IMG/VR virus record: IMGVR_UViG_3300037634_007276
Coordinates: 1 to 49,204 of that record
From: a virus
Lineage: Duplodnaviria; Caudoviricetes
Reading direction: 5' to 3' (one strand)
Length of the DNA stretch: 49,204 nucleotides
In this document: one piece after another, positions 28,021-38,016 of the stretch
Numbering within the stretch: position 1 is the stretch's first letter
Layout of the letters: each line of letters opens with the position of its first letter
Made by a program: the position numbers and the translations under genes
Notes under the pieces: generated by a model
Database searches by the model: none
What the model saw: only the letters and a program-made list of their open reading frames with translations
Told to the model about the DNA's origin: nothing

Positions 28021-29277
28021 CTAGCAAACCTTTTTAATACACTCTTCCATAACGTCAGCAGCTTCATTAATGGCGTCAATAGTAATAGTAAGTGGTGGTC
28101 CAAGCTTAATAGAGGTCGACCATGTATTTACTGGCATAACGCCATTTTTAACCGAATTAATAACAACATCATTTGCTTTTGAGGGATCGTGAAAAATTAT
28201 TCCTGCCACCATACCCTTAATATTGACCGTATCAATTGCATCATATTTAACCAAATCACCAAAACGCTTTTCAAAAACTTTAACCTTTTTGCTCAGAGAC
28301 TCTTGAAATTGTGAATTTGTCAAAAAGTCTAAATTTGCCATCGTAGCAGCACAACAAAGAGGGTTTCCCGCATGAGTGCCGCCAATTTTTGTTGTGTTGT
28401 CAACCAACTCTTTAGTGCTTAACACAGCAGACATCGGCATCGGTGAAGATAGGCCCTTGCCAAGACATATAATATCTGGTTTAATGTATTCTCCGTAGGC
28501 CATATATCCATATAACTGGCCCATCCGATATAAGCCAGCCTGTATTTCGTCAAAACAAACTAAGGCGCCATGCTTCCTTGCGAAGCTGTACAAATTTTTA
28601 ATATAATTTTCTGGGTACATCCAAGCACCCCAGCCTTGATAGGTTTCTAAGAAAACTGCTGCAATTTTGTTTGGATCAACCCACGAAGGCAAGTCATTTG
28701 GATCAAAATCTTCCCCCCGATAGGGGAATTTAAGAAAAATAACGTCCTCATCTTTTAAATTTGACCAATTGGTGCTATCAGCATTACCACAAATGAAATC
28801 AGAACTTAGAACTCTGCCATGATAACTGCCCTCAAAGCAGATAATATATTTTTTATTATGGCGGCTAGCCCACATTTTAATCATTTTGTAGGCCATATCT
28901 GTTGCTTCAGAGCCAGTATTTAATAAAATAACCTTTTCAAAATAATCTGGAGATACATCCAAGATTTTTTTAGCCAGTTGCTCTCTAATTTCAGTAGGGT
29001 AAAAAAATGAAAAACTTAAATCTGAATCTAATTGGATCTTAATCGCGTCGTTTATAACAGGGTTTGAATGGCCGGCGTTAGTTGCAAAAATTCCAGATGT
29101 CATGTCTATCCATTTATTTCCCGTTTCATCATAAACAGAAAAATCTTTTGCGCGGTGCCATTTGACAGGTAGCTGGGATCTCAAGTTTATAGATTCGTGT
29201 TTACAAGGATTAATTTTTGTCAAATCCTCATTTATCTTAAAATCATCTTTTATTATTATATTTTTTGTATTTATCAT
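28021..29277 (-). CDS. Class III PLP-dependent aminotransferase
   Basis: WIDMTSG, NTGSEA, SYHGR, FDEIQAG, PDIICLGKGL (PLP Lys), GTHAGNPL. Confidence 0.9.
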   Translation of the reverse strand: MINTKNIIIKDDFKINEDLTKINPCKHESINLRSQLPVKWHRAKDFSVYDETGNKWIDMTSGIFATNAGHSNPVINDAIKIQLDSDLSFSFFYPTEIREQLAKKILDVSPDYFEKVILLNTGSEATDMAYKMIKMWASRHNKKYIICFEGSYHGRVLSSDFICGNADSTNWSNLKDEDVIFLKFPYRGEDFDPNDLPSWVDPNKIAAVFLETYQGWGAWMYPENYIKNLYSFARKHGALVCFDEIQAGLYRMGQLYGYMAYGEYIKPDIICLGKGLSSPMPMSAVLSTKELVDNTTKIGGTHAGNPLCCAATMANLDFLTNSQFQESLSKKVKVFEKRFGDLVKYDAIDTVNIKGMVAGIIFHDPSKANDVVINSVKNGVMPVNTWSTSIKLGPPLTITIDAINEAADVMEECIKKVC

Positions 29278-29278
29278 T

Positions 29279-30001
29279 TTAAAATTGTCTCTGTAATGTT
29301 TCTAAAAGTGGGCTGCCGTTTAACGATAATTGGAATTCTAGAAGTTTAAATTCATATTCCATGTCGACCTCTGTCACATTTTCTGTGATGGCCGGCATAA
29401 TTTTTGTGCCGAAAGCGCTTTCGCTAGAATAAACCTGTTCTCTTTTACAGATATCAATATATCCATTTGGCTGATATCCCTTTGGGAAGGTTTGTCTAGG
29501 AAGGTTTGTATAATCTTTGATACCTTTATAATCTTTGAAAAACCCTTTACAAAGTCCATTTTCAATTTTAAAAACTTTGTACGGCGGCTCTGGCAATTCA
29601 TGCATCGACCGAAGGCCAGACATTTTCTCTCGATTATGAAAAAAGAAATTTATGTGTTCGGAAAGTTGATTTGGGTCTCTTAGCGGCGTTGTTGGTCTCA
29701 TATAAACCACCTCTTCAGCGTCGACTAAATCAAAAAAATGTTTTAGAACATCATAGTCCTTAGAATTATCCTGCGCGTATTTTGATGGCCTCATAAATGG
29801 AATGTCTGCTCCGTAGTACTTGGCAACGTCTGCTATTTCTTTACTGTCTGTTGAAACAACTACACGGTCTATTTGATCGCATAACTTACACGCGACAATA
29901 GAATATGCTATCAGCGGAAAGCCATTTAAATTTTTTATGTTTTTTCCCGGCACACCTTTGCTGCGGCCTCGTGCTGGAATAACAGCCGTTATTCTATTCA
30001 T
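29279..30001 (-). CDS. neuA: CMP-nonulosonic acid synthetase (acylneuraminate cytidylyltransferase)
   Basis: AVIPARGRSKGVPGKNIK, VVSTDS, FMRP, RPTTPLR, YQPNGYI, EVD. Confidence 0.9.
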   Translation of the reverse strand: MNRITAVIPARGRSKGVPGKNIKNLNGFPLIAYSIVACKLCDQIDRVVVSTDSKEIADVAKYYGADIPFMRPSKYAQDNSKDYDVLKHFFDLVDAEEVVYMRPTTPLRDPNQLSEHINFFFHNREKMSGLRSMHELPEPPYKVFKIENGLCKGFFKDYKGIKDYTNLPRQTFPKGYQPNGYIDICKREQVYSSESAFGTKIMPAITENVTEVDMEYEFKLLEFQLSLNGSPLLETLQRQF

Positions 30002-30012
30002 AATAATCCAAG

Positions 30013-31749
30013 TTACATTTCGAGTATTTTTTCAATTTGATCGTTATCAATATACTCTCTTGCTTGTAAAAACGTGTTCAGGGGCATACTACCAAAATTC
30101 ACCGGCTCTCCGTGTTTGTTATTAAGCACTTTTGTGGCGTCATCTAGTTCTAATACATATTTGTGGAAATTTTCGTCACAAATTGGCTCAACCATATTAT
30201 CAAACTTAATGTCAAAATGCTTTTGCAAATCGTCTTTAACCACCTTCCACATAGAGGTCCCGGGATACGCCGTGGCCGTAAACATTTTTCTATTTACAGC
30301 GTCTTTACACATATTATACTCTTTTGTGCCAAAAGTCAAGCCTTCTGTTAAATATTGTTGTTGCCAAAGTATAAAAGCAACACTTGTTTTTAAGTGTTTT
30401 AGCTCTTCGCCCGGATAGGCCATGATCCATGTACAATTTCCATGAATTCCAGATTTCCTACAGTTTTTAATAGCGTTGACCATGGTTGTTGGAAAGTTAT
30501 ATGTATTACCATTAATTTTTGTAGGAGTTGTACCATTCTTTAAAATAAAGCCCCCCTTTTGCATTTGAGTCAAGGTGTGAGGATCTGCTGACTCTGCACC
30601 AAAACCAATATAAACGCAGCCAGCCGCGGCCATGTGAAAGGCGCGTTCATCTGCCTCATCCATACGAGTGTGAGTACCCCAGCGGATCTTATCAAGACCA
30701 TAACTACCAAACACCTCTTTAATTTTTTTAATTCTTCTTTTGCTTACAGCAAAATTATCATCCGGAAAACCAATAAAATCTAAATTATATTTTTTAACAT
30801 ATCCTAAAACTTGTTCTGCGATATGCTCCAAAGAGCGCATCCCATAGTTTTTTTCACCCTGTGCGCCTCTGTAGCAAAAAGCACAAGAATAAGGACACCC
30901 TCTACTACTAACTGTTGTTAAACTTCTCTTCATTTCAAACGGAGTAGCAGAGCTATTATTGGCTGCAACGCCCCAGACTGGCACTTTGATATAATCTTCT
31001 AACAAATTGCGCCCATATGGGTCACGCTCCAATAAGTCCCATGCTGGGTATGGTATAATATCCAAATTTCTTGGTCGATTACCCTCATAAACAAACCTAT
31101 GCCGACCTTGATGCTCCCCGACATAATACGGACTAATTTTAGTAGACCTGACAGCTTTTGACCAACCCATTTCTTTGATTGTTTTAACATCTCTAGCTAT
31201 CAGCAAGATAATGTCGTCGCCCTCCGATCTTCCAATGCCATCCAACTCTGGAATCCAGTTAAACAAGCCAGACTTAATCTCTGTTGCCAAACCACCACCT
31301 GTGACTAAAAAACAATCTGGCTGGTGTTTTTTAACAATCTTTGCCATATCCTCTTGCCATCTCAGCGTGGTAATTTTACCAGAAAAAGCAATTAAATCTT
31401 GATCGCCGTGATTTTGCAGATGCTGGACAAACATATCCTCTGCCTCTTGCAAGGTTAGATGGCGGCCGTTAATGAGGTTTCTTTTCTTGGAACCCTCGTC
31501 ATGTACTCTGTATCCGTTTAGATCAATAATGTGTGGCTCGGCACCATATTGTCTTAGAATTGAGGCTAGCAGCGCGGGCCCCTCTGGAGGGGTATTTGGC
31601 TTTGCGCTTTCTCGCAGGGGCATGTTGATAAATGTTGCCTTTATACCCTTTAATTCATTATATTTGTATTCACCTATGAGTTCTTTAGGGTGTAAAGGTA
31701 CAATCTTTTGAACATCGCCCAGTTTGATTAATTTTGAATATCTGTCCAC
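30013..31749 (-). CDS. Cobalamin-binding radical SAM protein (class B methyltransferase-like, 578 aa)
   Basis: N-terminal B12-binding-like domain (PPEGPALLASIL, LVTGGG, GRSEGD), SRGCPYSCAFC (CxxxCxxC), FPDDNF, GFGAESA, AYPGT. Confidence 0.88.
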   Translation of the reverse strand: MDRYSKLIKLGDVQKIVPLHPKELIGEYKYNELKGIKATFINMPLRESAKPNTPPEGPALLASILRQYGAEPHIIDLNGYRVHDEGSKKRNLINGRHLTLQEAEDMFVQHLQNHGDQDLIAFSGKITTLRWQEDMAKIVKKHQPDCFLVTGGGLATEIKSGLFNWIPELDGIGRSEGDDIILLIARDVKTIKEMGWSKAVRSTKISPYYVGEHQGRHRFVYEGNRPRNLDIIPYPAWDLLERDPYGRNLLEDYIKVPVWGVAANNSSATPFEMKRSLTTVSSRGCPYSCAFCYRGAQGEKNYGMRSLEHIAEQVLGYVKKYNLDFIGFPDDNFAVSKRRIKKIKEVFGSYGLDKIRWGTHTRMDEADERAFHMAAAGCVYIGFGAESADPHTLTQMQKGGFILKNGTTPTKINGNTYNFPTTMVNAIKNCRKSGIHGNCTWIMAYPGEELKHLKTSVAFILWQQQYLTEGLTFGTKEYNMCKDAVNRKMFTATAYPGTSMWKVVKDDLQKHFDIKFDNMVEPICDENFHKYVLELDDATKVLNNKHGEPVNFGSMPLNTFLQAREYIDNDQIEKILEM

Positions 31750-32711
31750 TCTTTCCTGCCCTTAAAAACTAAGCAATCGCCAACCATTTTAGAGTTAATT
31801 AACTTTTCATATTCTCTCTCTACGCTCTCATAAAAAGAGTTTATTTCTTTTTGTGTATCAGTTCCTCCCGATGTGGGGATGGGAAGAGACAACGCGGCGG
31901 TCGCTGTAGGCTGTGGGGCATGATTTTGTGCCCAATATACGTGATTAAAGAATGGGTACATTAAAAAACTAGAAACTTCGCCGCCAAAACCACACTCACG
32001 ACACATATCCTGCAGAGATTTTGCTGTAAAATAGTGAATGTGCGCTTTGTGGTAATAAAAATCTTTATAAGTAATGTCTTTATTATAACAACTCAACAGT
32101 ACATCATCGTGGTTAGGGACCTCTAAAACCAGCGCGGCGCCTTTTTTCATACATGTATTTAAATTTTTGAGAAATGTTTTTGGAGATAAAGTATGCTCCA
32201 ATACCTCAAAAGAAACTACCATGTCGTAACAATCCTTTTCCAAGTCTGTTTTTTCTAATAAAGAGTTGTATACGCGGGATTTTGGATATTTTTCTCGTAT
32301 ATAAGCAGCATCCTCCATGTTGGGTTCTACCACATGATAACATTTAACACCGGCCCTAGAGACATGATCTATGATGCCGCCGTGTGATGGGCCCACCTCT
32401 AGAAAATTTGTATTTGGACTTAGGTCGGCAGAAAATAAATTGAATTGTTTTTTGTTTATTTTTTTAAAAATTTGAAAATGTTTGTCTGTTTGTACTTTTT
32501 CCCCATCAGAGTTAGCGCTGAACTCTTCTCTATATTGCTCTTTATAATATGATTCGTCTGGCCACTCAACAGGGTCGAGCAGGCCATGGCCAGATAGGCG
32601 ATGAACCCAGATAACTGTTTCTACCCCTTTTCTTAGGCGTGCTCTTTTAGCAAAAAAATCATCCGCATTATAGTGAGAAAGACCTGATTGTTCTAAAATT
32701 TTGTTGTTCAT
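31728..32711 (-). CDS. Class I SAM-dependent methyltransferase
   Basis: FLEVGPSHGG, VVEPN, YDMVVSFEVLEH, LVLEVPN, HIHYFT. Confidence 0.88.
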   Translation of the reverse strand: MNNKILEQSGLSHYNADDFFAKRARLRKGVETVIWVHRLSGHGLLDPVEWPDESYYKEQYREEFSANSDGEKVQTDKHFQIFKKINKKQFNLFSADLSPNTNFLEVGPSHGGIIDHVSRAGVKCYHVVEPNMEDAAYIREKYPKSRVYNSLLEKTDLEKDCYDMVVSFEVLEHTLSPKTFLKNLNTCMKKGAALVLEVPNHDDVLLSCYNKDITYKDFYYHKAHIHYFTAKSLQDMCRECGFGGEVSSFLMYPFFNHVYWAQNHAPQPTATAALSLPIPTSGGTDTQKEINSFYESVEREYEKLINSKMVGDCLVFKGRKEWTDIQN

Positions 32712-33557
32712 TTATAGCGTATCAACCCTTCGAAGCTTCTTGGCAATTTGTTTTTCCTTTTCAGAAACATGCTTAAAGCCGTCGCCCATGGCGACTTCAA
32801 TACTGCGAATGTAGTCAACCAATCTACGCAATCCGGCCAGTTCCACAGAAGCGGATTGATCAGAACCATACATCGATCGATCTAAAGTTATATGTCTTTC
32901 AATAGAAGAGGCGCCCATTGCGACGGCGGCACAACTTACAATCAAGCCTGTTTCATGGCCGCTGTAGCCAACTTTGATGGCGCCACCGAAAGTCTTTTTT
33001 AGGGTTACCATCGCATTTAAATTAGCCTCCTCAAGCGGCATCGGGTAAGTGCTATTACAGTACATTAGTTCAAATGGGCAACCCTTGTCTTGAAATATCT
33101 TTACTGCCTTTTGAATTTGTGTTAGGGTGCTCATGCCTGTAGAAATAAATGTATAGCGGCCGTCTTCTGCTATAGTTTCCAATAACTCAGCGTGAGTTAG
33201 CATGGCAGAGGCCACCTTATTATATTTTAAATTGTATTGTCTTAGGAAAATTTGACTTTGTAAGTCCCATGCGGAAGCTAGCCACTCGATTCCCTTCTCT
33301 TTGCAATATCGATCAATTTCATCATATTGTTCTTTGTTGAATTCAAGACCCTCTTTTTGTTGCCTGTTTGTAGTCCCCCATGGACTTTCGCGAAGCTTTT
33401 CCAATTCTTCTTTCGCATAAACAATATCAAGTGTCCTCTTTTGAAATTTAACTGCATCACAACCGGCTTCAATGGCGCCATCAATTAACTTTTTGGCTAT
33501 CTCAAGCTCGCCGTTGTGATTAATCCCAATTTCTGCAATTATAAAAGTCTTGTTCAT
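32712..33557 (-). CDS. neuB: Nonulosonic acid synthase, short form without SAF/antifreeze domain
   Basis: FIIAEIGINHNG, DAVKFQKR, KVASA, ISTGMS, STYP, VGYSGHE, IERHITLDR.MYGSDQSAS. Confidence 0.92.
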   Translation of the reverse strand: MNKTFIIAEIGINHNGELEIAKKLIDGAIEAGCDAVKFQKRTLDIVYAKEELEKLRESPWGTTNRQQKEGLEFNKEQYDEIDRYCKEKGIEWLASAWDLQSQIFLRQYNLKYNKVASAMLTHAELLETIAEDGRYTFISTGMSTLTQIQKAVKIFQDKGCPFELMYCNSTYPMPLEEANLNAMVTLKKTFGGAIKVGYSGHETGLIVSCAAVAMGASSIERHITLDRSMYGSDQSASVELAGLRRLVDYIRSIEVAMGDGFKHVSEKEKQIAKKLRRVDTL

Positions 33558-34387
33558 TATTCCTCTTTGTATGATAAACTGTATGGTAGCTTATTCTGTT
33601 TAAAAGATAAATTGTGCATCTTTATATTATTATTATAGGCGATCTTACACAAATATTTTAAGTCATTTATAATTTGTTTTCTCTCTTTTGGGTCATCAAA
33701 CGCGGCGAGGCCGGTAACAGTATTATCTCCCATAAATAACTCAGAGTTATACCCGGCGTGGGTCATGCCCGTTTCTCTTAAAGCTTTAGAGTAAGACATG
33801 TCAAACCCCGTAATATGTATTGGATTACAACCAAGCCATAGTGCAAATGCAATCATATGATTTGTGGTTGTATTACAGTGGGTGTATATTTTTAAAAAAT
33901 TATATTTGGCAGCTAACATTTCTTGAAACACCCGGTGTTCCCAAATCCACGGTACCACTAGATTATTTTCCTCATCATAAATGTTAAAAAGCTCTTCAAA
34001 CTCTGTTTTTTTAGGAATTGTTATAAAACAAGCAATTTTTTTTTGAAGACATATAGAAAAAGGTTCTTTTAAAGCCTCCAGTGAATTAGAGCCACACCAA
34101 AAATCAGGCTTAAAATCATCGTCAAAAAATTCAGGTATTTTATGAAAATCATTACATGTTATTTTTATAAATGAATCATATTTTTCTTTTTCAATTTCTA
34201 AAAGACTAGGGCCGTGGCCCATGACCAACGCAGGCTTATCTTTATATTTATCTTTTAAATTTAATAAACGGTCAAACCCCTGCAAACACCTACTTCTAAA
34301 AAATTCTTCATCTTTAATAAATTTGTATTCATCATGTAATCTTGTTTTTAAATCTATATTTTCTATAAACTTTCTAATGTCTTTCAT
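33557..34387 (-). CDS. Maf/DUF115 or GT42-like nonulosonate transferase (276 aa)
   Basis: KDKPALVMGHGPSL, ITCN, FALWLGCNPIHITGFDMSY. Coupled to neuB. Confidence 0.7.
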   Translation of the reverse strand: MKDIRKFIENIDLKTRLHDEYKFIKDEEFFRSRCLQGFDRLLNLKDKYKDKPALVMGHGPSLLEIEKEKYDSFIKITCNDFHKIPEFFDDDFKPDFWCGSNSLEALKEPFSICLQKKIACFITIPKKTEFEELFNIYDEENNLVVPWIWEHRVFQEMLAAKYNFLKIYTHCNTTTNHMIAFALWLGCNPIHITGFDMSYSKALRETGMTHAGYNSELFMGDNTVTGLAAFDDPKERKQIINDLKYLCKIAYNNNIKMHNLSFKQNKLPYSLSYKEE

Positions 34388-34390
34388 AAA

Positions 34391-35341
34391 TCACCAAATA
34401 AAATTTTCTTTATAATATTTTACAATAGCGGCGATTTCATTATCAAATTTCTTCTTTGGGGACCAGCCGAGATCACACAGTTTAGAATCATTTAAGGCAT
34501 ACCGGACATCTTGTCCTTGCCGGTGATATGAAAAATCAATATATTCATCTAATAGTACACCACCATCATAATACTGTTCTATAATTTTTTTAACTGTTTC
34601 TACATTTTGTTGTTCAAAATTACCAGCAACATTATATATTTCATTTGTTTTTCCCGCATTAATTATAGACAGTACGGCTTCGGCCGTATCATCTGCGTGG
34701 AGCCAATTCCTTATTGGAGTGCCGTCGTTGTGAAGTCTTATTTTTAGTCCCCTGTTTAAATTTTTTACAGCTAAAGGTATCAACTTTTCAGGATATTGTC
34801 CTATGCCATAATTGTTGGTTGGGCGCAAAATAATATATTTTATGTCATACGTCCTAGCCCATGCCACAACCAGCATGTCGGCCGCGGCCTTGGCTGCAGA
34901 ATAGGGGTTGCTAGGTTTAAGCAGATCCTCTTCTGTGTGGGCGCCGGCTTCTATATCTCCATATACTTCGTCAGTACTAAAATGAAAAAACACCGGTCGG
35001 GCGGAAACATTGGTGGGCTTATTTCGAACAAGATCTAATAGATTTTTAACACCGACAACATTGCTATCCATAAAGGTGTTGTTTTCTATTATGCTGTTTC
35101 CAACGTGAGACTCTGCGGCAATATTAATAACATAATCACAATCATACAAATGGTCTAAATCTTTAATATCTTTTTGTTCAAAACGAAAGTTTTCATATGT
35201 CTGGAACTCTTTTAAAAGAGAAAAGTTTGCCACATATGTGCCCTTATCAATTCCATATACATGCCAACCGCGTTCTAAACATTTTCTGGTTACATAAGAG
35301 CCAATAAACCCTAGGCAGCCAGTTATGTAAACAATTTTCAC
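34391..35341 (-). CDS. rfbB: dTDP-glucose 4,6-dehydratase-like enzyme
   Basis: ITGCLGFIGS, AAESHV, FSTDEVYG, PSNPYSAAKA, NNYG..QYPEKLIP, IRNWLHADD, RQGQDVRYA. Confidence 0.85.
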   Translation of the reverse strand: MKIVYITGCLGFIGSYVTRKCLERGWHVYGIDKGTYVANFSLLKEFQTYENFRFEQKDIKDLDHLYDCDYVINIAAESHVGNSIIENNTFMDSNVVGVKNLLDLVRNKPTNVSARPVFFHFSTDEVYGDIEAGAHTEEDLLKPSNPYSAAKAAADMLVVAWARTYDIKYIILRPTNNYGIGQYPEKLIPLAVKNLNRGLKIRLHNDGTPIRNWLHADDTAEAVLSIINAGKTNEIYNVAGNFEQQNVETVKKIIEQYYDGGVLLDEYIDFSYHRQGQDVRYALNDSKLCDLGWSPKKKFDNEIAAIVKYYKENFIW

Positions 35342-36687
35342 AAACCCCTCTCTTTAAAAAAGTTCTTAATAACACCGTCAATATATTCCAATTTTTCTTC
35401 AGTTATGCCAGCGAAGGTTCCTAAGAAAAACGAACCAACCGTTGCCCTGTGTGCATTTGGGAACTCGGCTGGCAGGCTATCGTATCTTTTGCCCATCTCA
35501 TAATACGCGGGGTGATATAGGGCGTTGCCGGTAAAATAAGTTCTAGTTTGAATTAATGCATCTTCTAGGTGCGAAACAATATCTTGTCGGTTAAAAGGGG
35601 CGTCATCTCTTATTGTCATAAGAAAAGCAAACCAGCTTGGATCTGCTTTGTCTGTTGCAATCGGAAGATGAAAGTATTTTTCATATGGAGCAAATATTTC
35701 GCTCAAGCGTTCAAAGTTTTTCTTTCTTGCGCTGTGTAAATAATCAAGTTTTTTGATTTGTTCCAGTCCCATGGCCGCCTGTAGTTCCAGCGGCTTGAGG
35801 TTGTAGCCGATCTCATCAAAGACATACCGGTGGTCGTAAACAACCTCCAGTGCGCCGGGGAGCCAGTTCTTGAACCTTGAGCCGCACGCAGTACCTGCCG
35901 TAACGTCTCCGGGCTTAAGAGAGTTGCAGTAGCATGCCCTGCCCCAATCTCTGAAGCTGGCTAGAATCTTGCGTATGCGAGAACTGTCGGTGGCAATAAA
36001 TCCGCCCTCACCCATTGTCATATGATGAGCCGGGAAGAACGAACATGTGGACATAAGCCCAAAAGATCCTAGTTTCTTGCCGTCATATGTCGAACCAAGA
36101 GCATCGCAGGCGTCTTCTAGAAAGATTAAATCATATTTTTCGACCAGAGACATAAGGCGATCCATATCTGGGGGGTTGCCCAAAACGTGAGCAAACATAA
36201 TGCCCTTTATGTTTTTGTCTTCTTCAAGCTTCTTTTCTACTTGATCTAAATCTAAATTAAGATCTGGCAGTGTCACATCAACAAATACCGGCTCAAAACC
36301 ATTCTGTATTAAAGGGTTGAGCGTTGTTGGAAAACACACCACGGGAGTTATAATTTTTGAGCCTTTTTCTAAACGAAACTTTTTGGCCAACGGATCTTGG
36401 CTGGTTAATGCCGTTACCATCAATAAATTTGCTGAGCTTCCAGAGTTGGTTAGAGTTCCGTGTCGCTTCCCTAGGTGTTTTGAAAACTCTAATTCAAACT
36501 GGCGTGCTTTTTTGCCAAAAATTAACCAGCCGTCCAGCAATGAGTCAACCGCCTCGACATACTCTGAATCCATTATGGGGCCAGAATACTTTAACCAATC
36601 CTTTCCAGACTCCCATATGGACTCTGTATCGTTTTTTTCTTTAATATATTCTTTGACTAGTTTTAAAATTTCTTGCTTTTTATCCAT
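35338..36687 (-). CDS. rfbH: RfbH/DdhC-type NDP-4-keto-6-deoxyhexose 3-dehydrase (E1), 449 aa from MDKKQE
   Basis: NSGSSANL, FPTTLNP, HVLGNP, EDACDALG, SFFPAHHMTMGEGG (His in place of the aminotransferase Lys), RDWGRACYC...C Fe-S ligands, YDHRY, GYNLKP. Confidence 0.9.
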   Translation of the reverse strand: MDKKQEILKLVKEYIKEKNDTESIWESGKDWLKYSGPIMDSEYVEAVDSLLDGWLIFGKKARQFELEFSKHLGKRHGTLTNSGSSANLLMVTALTSQDPLAKKFRLEKGSKIITPVVCFPTTLNPLIQNGFEPVFVDVTLPDLNLDLDQVEKKLEEDKNIKGIMFAHVLGNPPDMDRLMSLVEKYDLIFLEDACDALGSTYDGKKLGSFGLMSTCSFFPAHHMTMGEGGFIATDSSRIRKILASFRDWGRACYCNSLKPGDVTAGTACGSRFKNWLPGALEVVYDHRYVFDEIGYNLKPLELQAAMGLEQIKKLDYLHSARKKNFERLSEIFAPYEKYFHLPIATDKADPSWFAFLMTIRDDAPFNRQDIVSHLEDALIQTRTYFTGNALYHPAYYEMGKRYDSLPAEFPNAHRATVGSFFLGTFAGITEEKLEYIDGVIKNFFKERGL

Positions 36688-37543
36688 CGCTACCACCCAT
36701 AAGGCTATCATATACGCTTTTAATGCCCTTTTTAAGCCCCACAAACGGAATATGATAATAGCCCAGCGTCCTACCATCACCGGTATAATGTTTACCGTAT
36801 TCGTCGTCTAAAACTTTAATTTTTACCCTGTAATCAGATAGTCCATTAATATATTGAGCGATTTCTAACAGCGTTATTTTTTTAGTGTAAACAATATTTA
36901 TATCCACTGACATATGATTGATCCGGTCGGTGGCGATATAGAATTCAACAGCCGCGCATAAATCCTCAACAAAGAAGAAGTCCATCTTTTTGTTTTTGTG
37001 TATTATTATTGGTTCTTTATTCCTGTAGCTGTTGATTGCACTCTTTATAAACCTTGTTTCTTTCTCGTGGGATCCGAAACACCCGAAAATACGAAAATTA
37101 ATAATGTTGTCGTTGACTCTCAATATTTCTTTGCAGATTAAATTTTTGGCTAAGCCATAATAGTCTCTGGGTAAACAAGAAGAATTAAAAATTTCCTTTT
37201 CAGAAAAGAAGTTTATATTCCTTTCTCTATCAAACGAAGCGCCCGAACCAAAATTTATTATTTTCTTTACGCGGTCTCTTATGCTCAACAGGTTGTTAAA
37301 CATTGTAATATTTTGTACAAAATCCTCATATGTATCTTCGTGACCCCGAGAGCCGCCCTTTATTGCGGTGTGCAGCACAATGTCTATGTTATTGCCGTTG
37401 AAATATTCTATCACTTGTTCGCGATTGGACACATCAAGAGTTTTTCTATCAGTTAAAATTAGATTATATTGTTTTTTGTCTCTGAAATAAGAGGCGAACT
37501 CCTTTCCCAAAAAGCTGTTCGCACCGGTGACTAAAATGTTCAT
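36680..37543 (-). CDS. NAD-dependent epimerase/dehydratase/reductase
   Basis: ILVTGANSFLG, FGSGA, YGLAK (YxxxK), RIFGCFG, MDFFFVEDL. Confidence 0.85.
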   Translation of the reverse strand: MNILVTGANSFLGKEFASYFRDKKQYNLILTDRKTLDVSNREQVIEYFNGNNIDIVLHTAIKGGSRGHEDTYEDFVQNITMFNNLLSIRDRVKKIINFGSGASFDRERNINFFSEKEIFNSSCLPRDYYGLAKNLICKEILRVNDNIINFRIFGCFGSHEKETRFIKSAINSYRNKEPIIIHKNKKMDFFFVEDLCAAVEFYIATDRINHMSVDINIVYTKKITLLEIAQYINGLSDYRVKIKVLDDEYGKHYTGDGRTLGYYHIPFVGLKKGIKSVYDSLMGGSDG

Positions 37544-38016
37544 CTTTTCAAATTCATATAACTGGGTGTGTTTGAATTGACAAATTCACCAAAGTCCTCT
37601 TTCATTTCTGGAACACCGGCCGGATGATAAGTTTTAATGTTTTCAAAACAACTCATTATCTTTTTATCATCTTCGGCCCAGTGGGAAAAACCTAAATGTC
37701 CATAGTCGCGATCCCGGCCGCCGCCGACTAATTTAACCGAAATCTTTTCGTGATCAAGGTAGTTCCTGATCAGTTCGAAGGGCCTATAAAGAAGAAAGGG
37801 GGTTATTGAATATACGATGGGTAATTTATTTTCCATAGCCATACCAACCGCAGCGCCCATCATCAATTGTTCTGCGGATCCCACATTATAAAATCTATCT
37901 GGAAAATCAATCTTTATTTTATCCCAAAGCCCATAGCCTAAATCCCCTGTTATTAAAACAATTCTAGAATTTTTAGCCATTTCATCATGTAGTAGTTCAC
38001 TAAATATTTTTCTCAT
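37540..38016 (-). CDS. Transketolase pyrimidine-binding subunit (short, no C-terminal domain)
   Basis: ITGDLGYG, RFYNVGSAEQLMMGAAVGMA, RPFELIR, GFSHWAEDD. Confidence 0.88.
   Translation of the reverse strand: MRKIFSELLHDEMAKNSRIVLITGDLGYGLWDKIKIDFPDRFYNVGSAEQLMMGAAVGMAMENKLPIVYSITPFLLYRPFELIRNYLDHEKISVKLVGGGRDRDYGHLGFSHWAEDDKKIMSCFENIKTYHPAGVPEMKEDFGEFVNSNTPSYMNLKR

Noticed and set aside
35338-36687. Colitose pathway (ColD with gmd and a colC-like gene)
   Set aside because: The enzyme has the length and the CYC...C Fe-S motif of RfbH/E1, which ColD lacks, and it sits with the rfbB-like gene rather than gmd. Not fully excluded.
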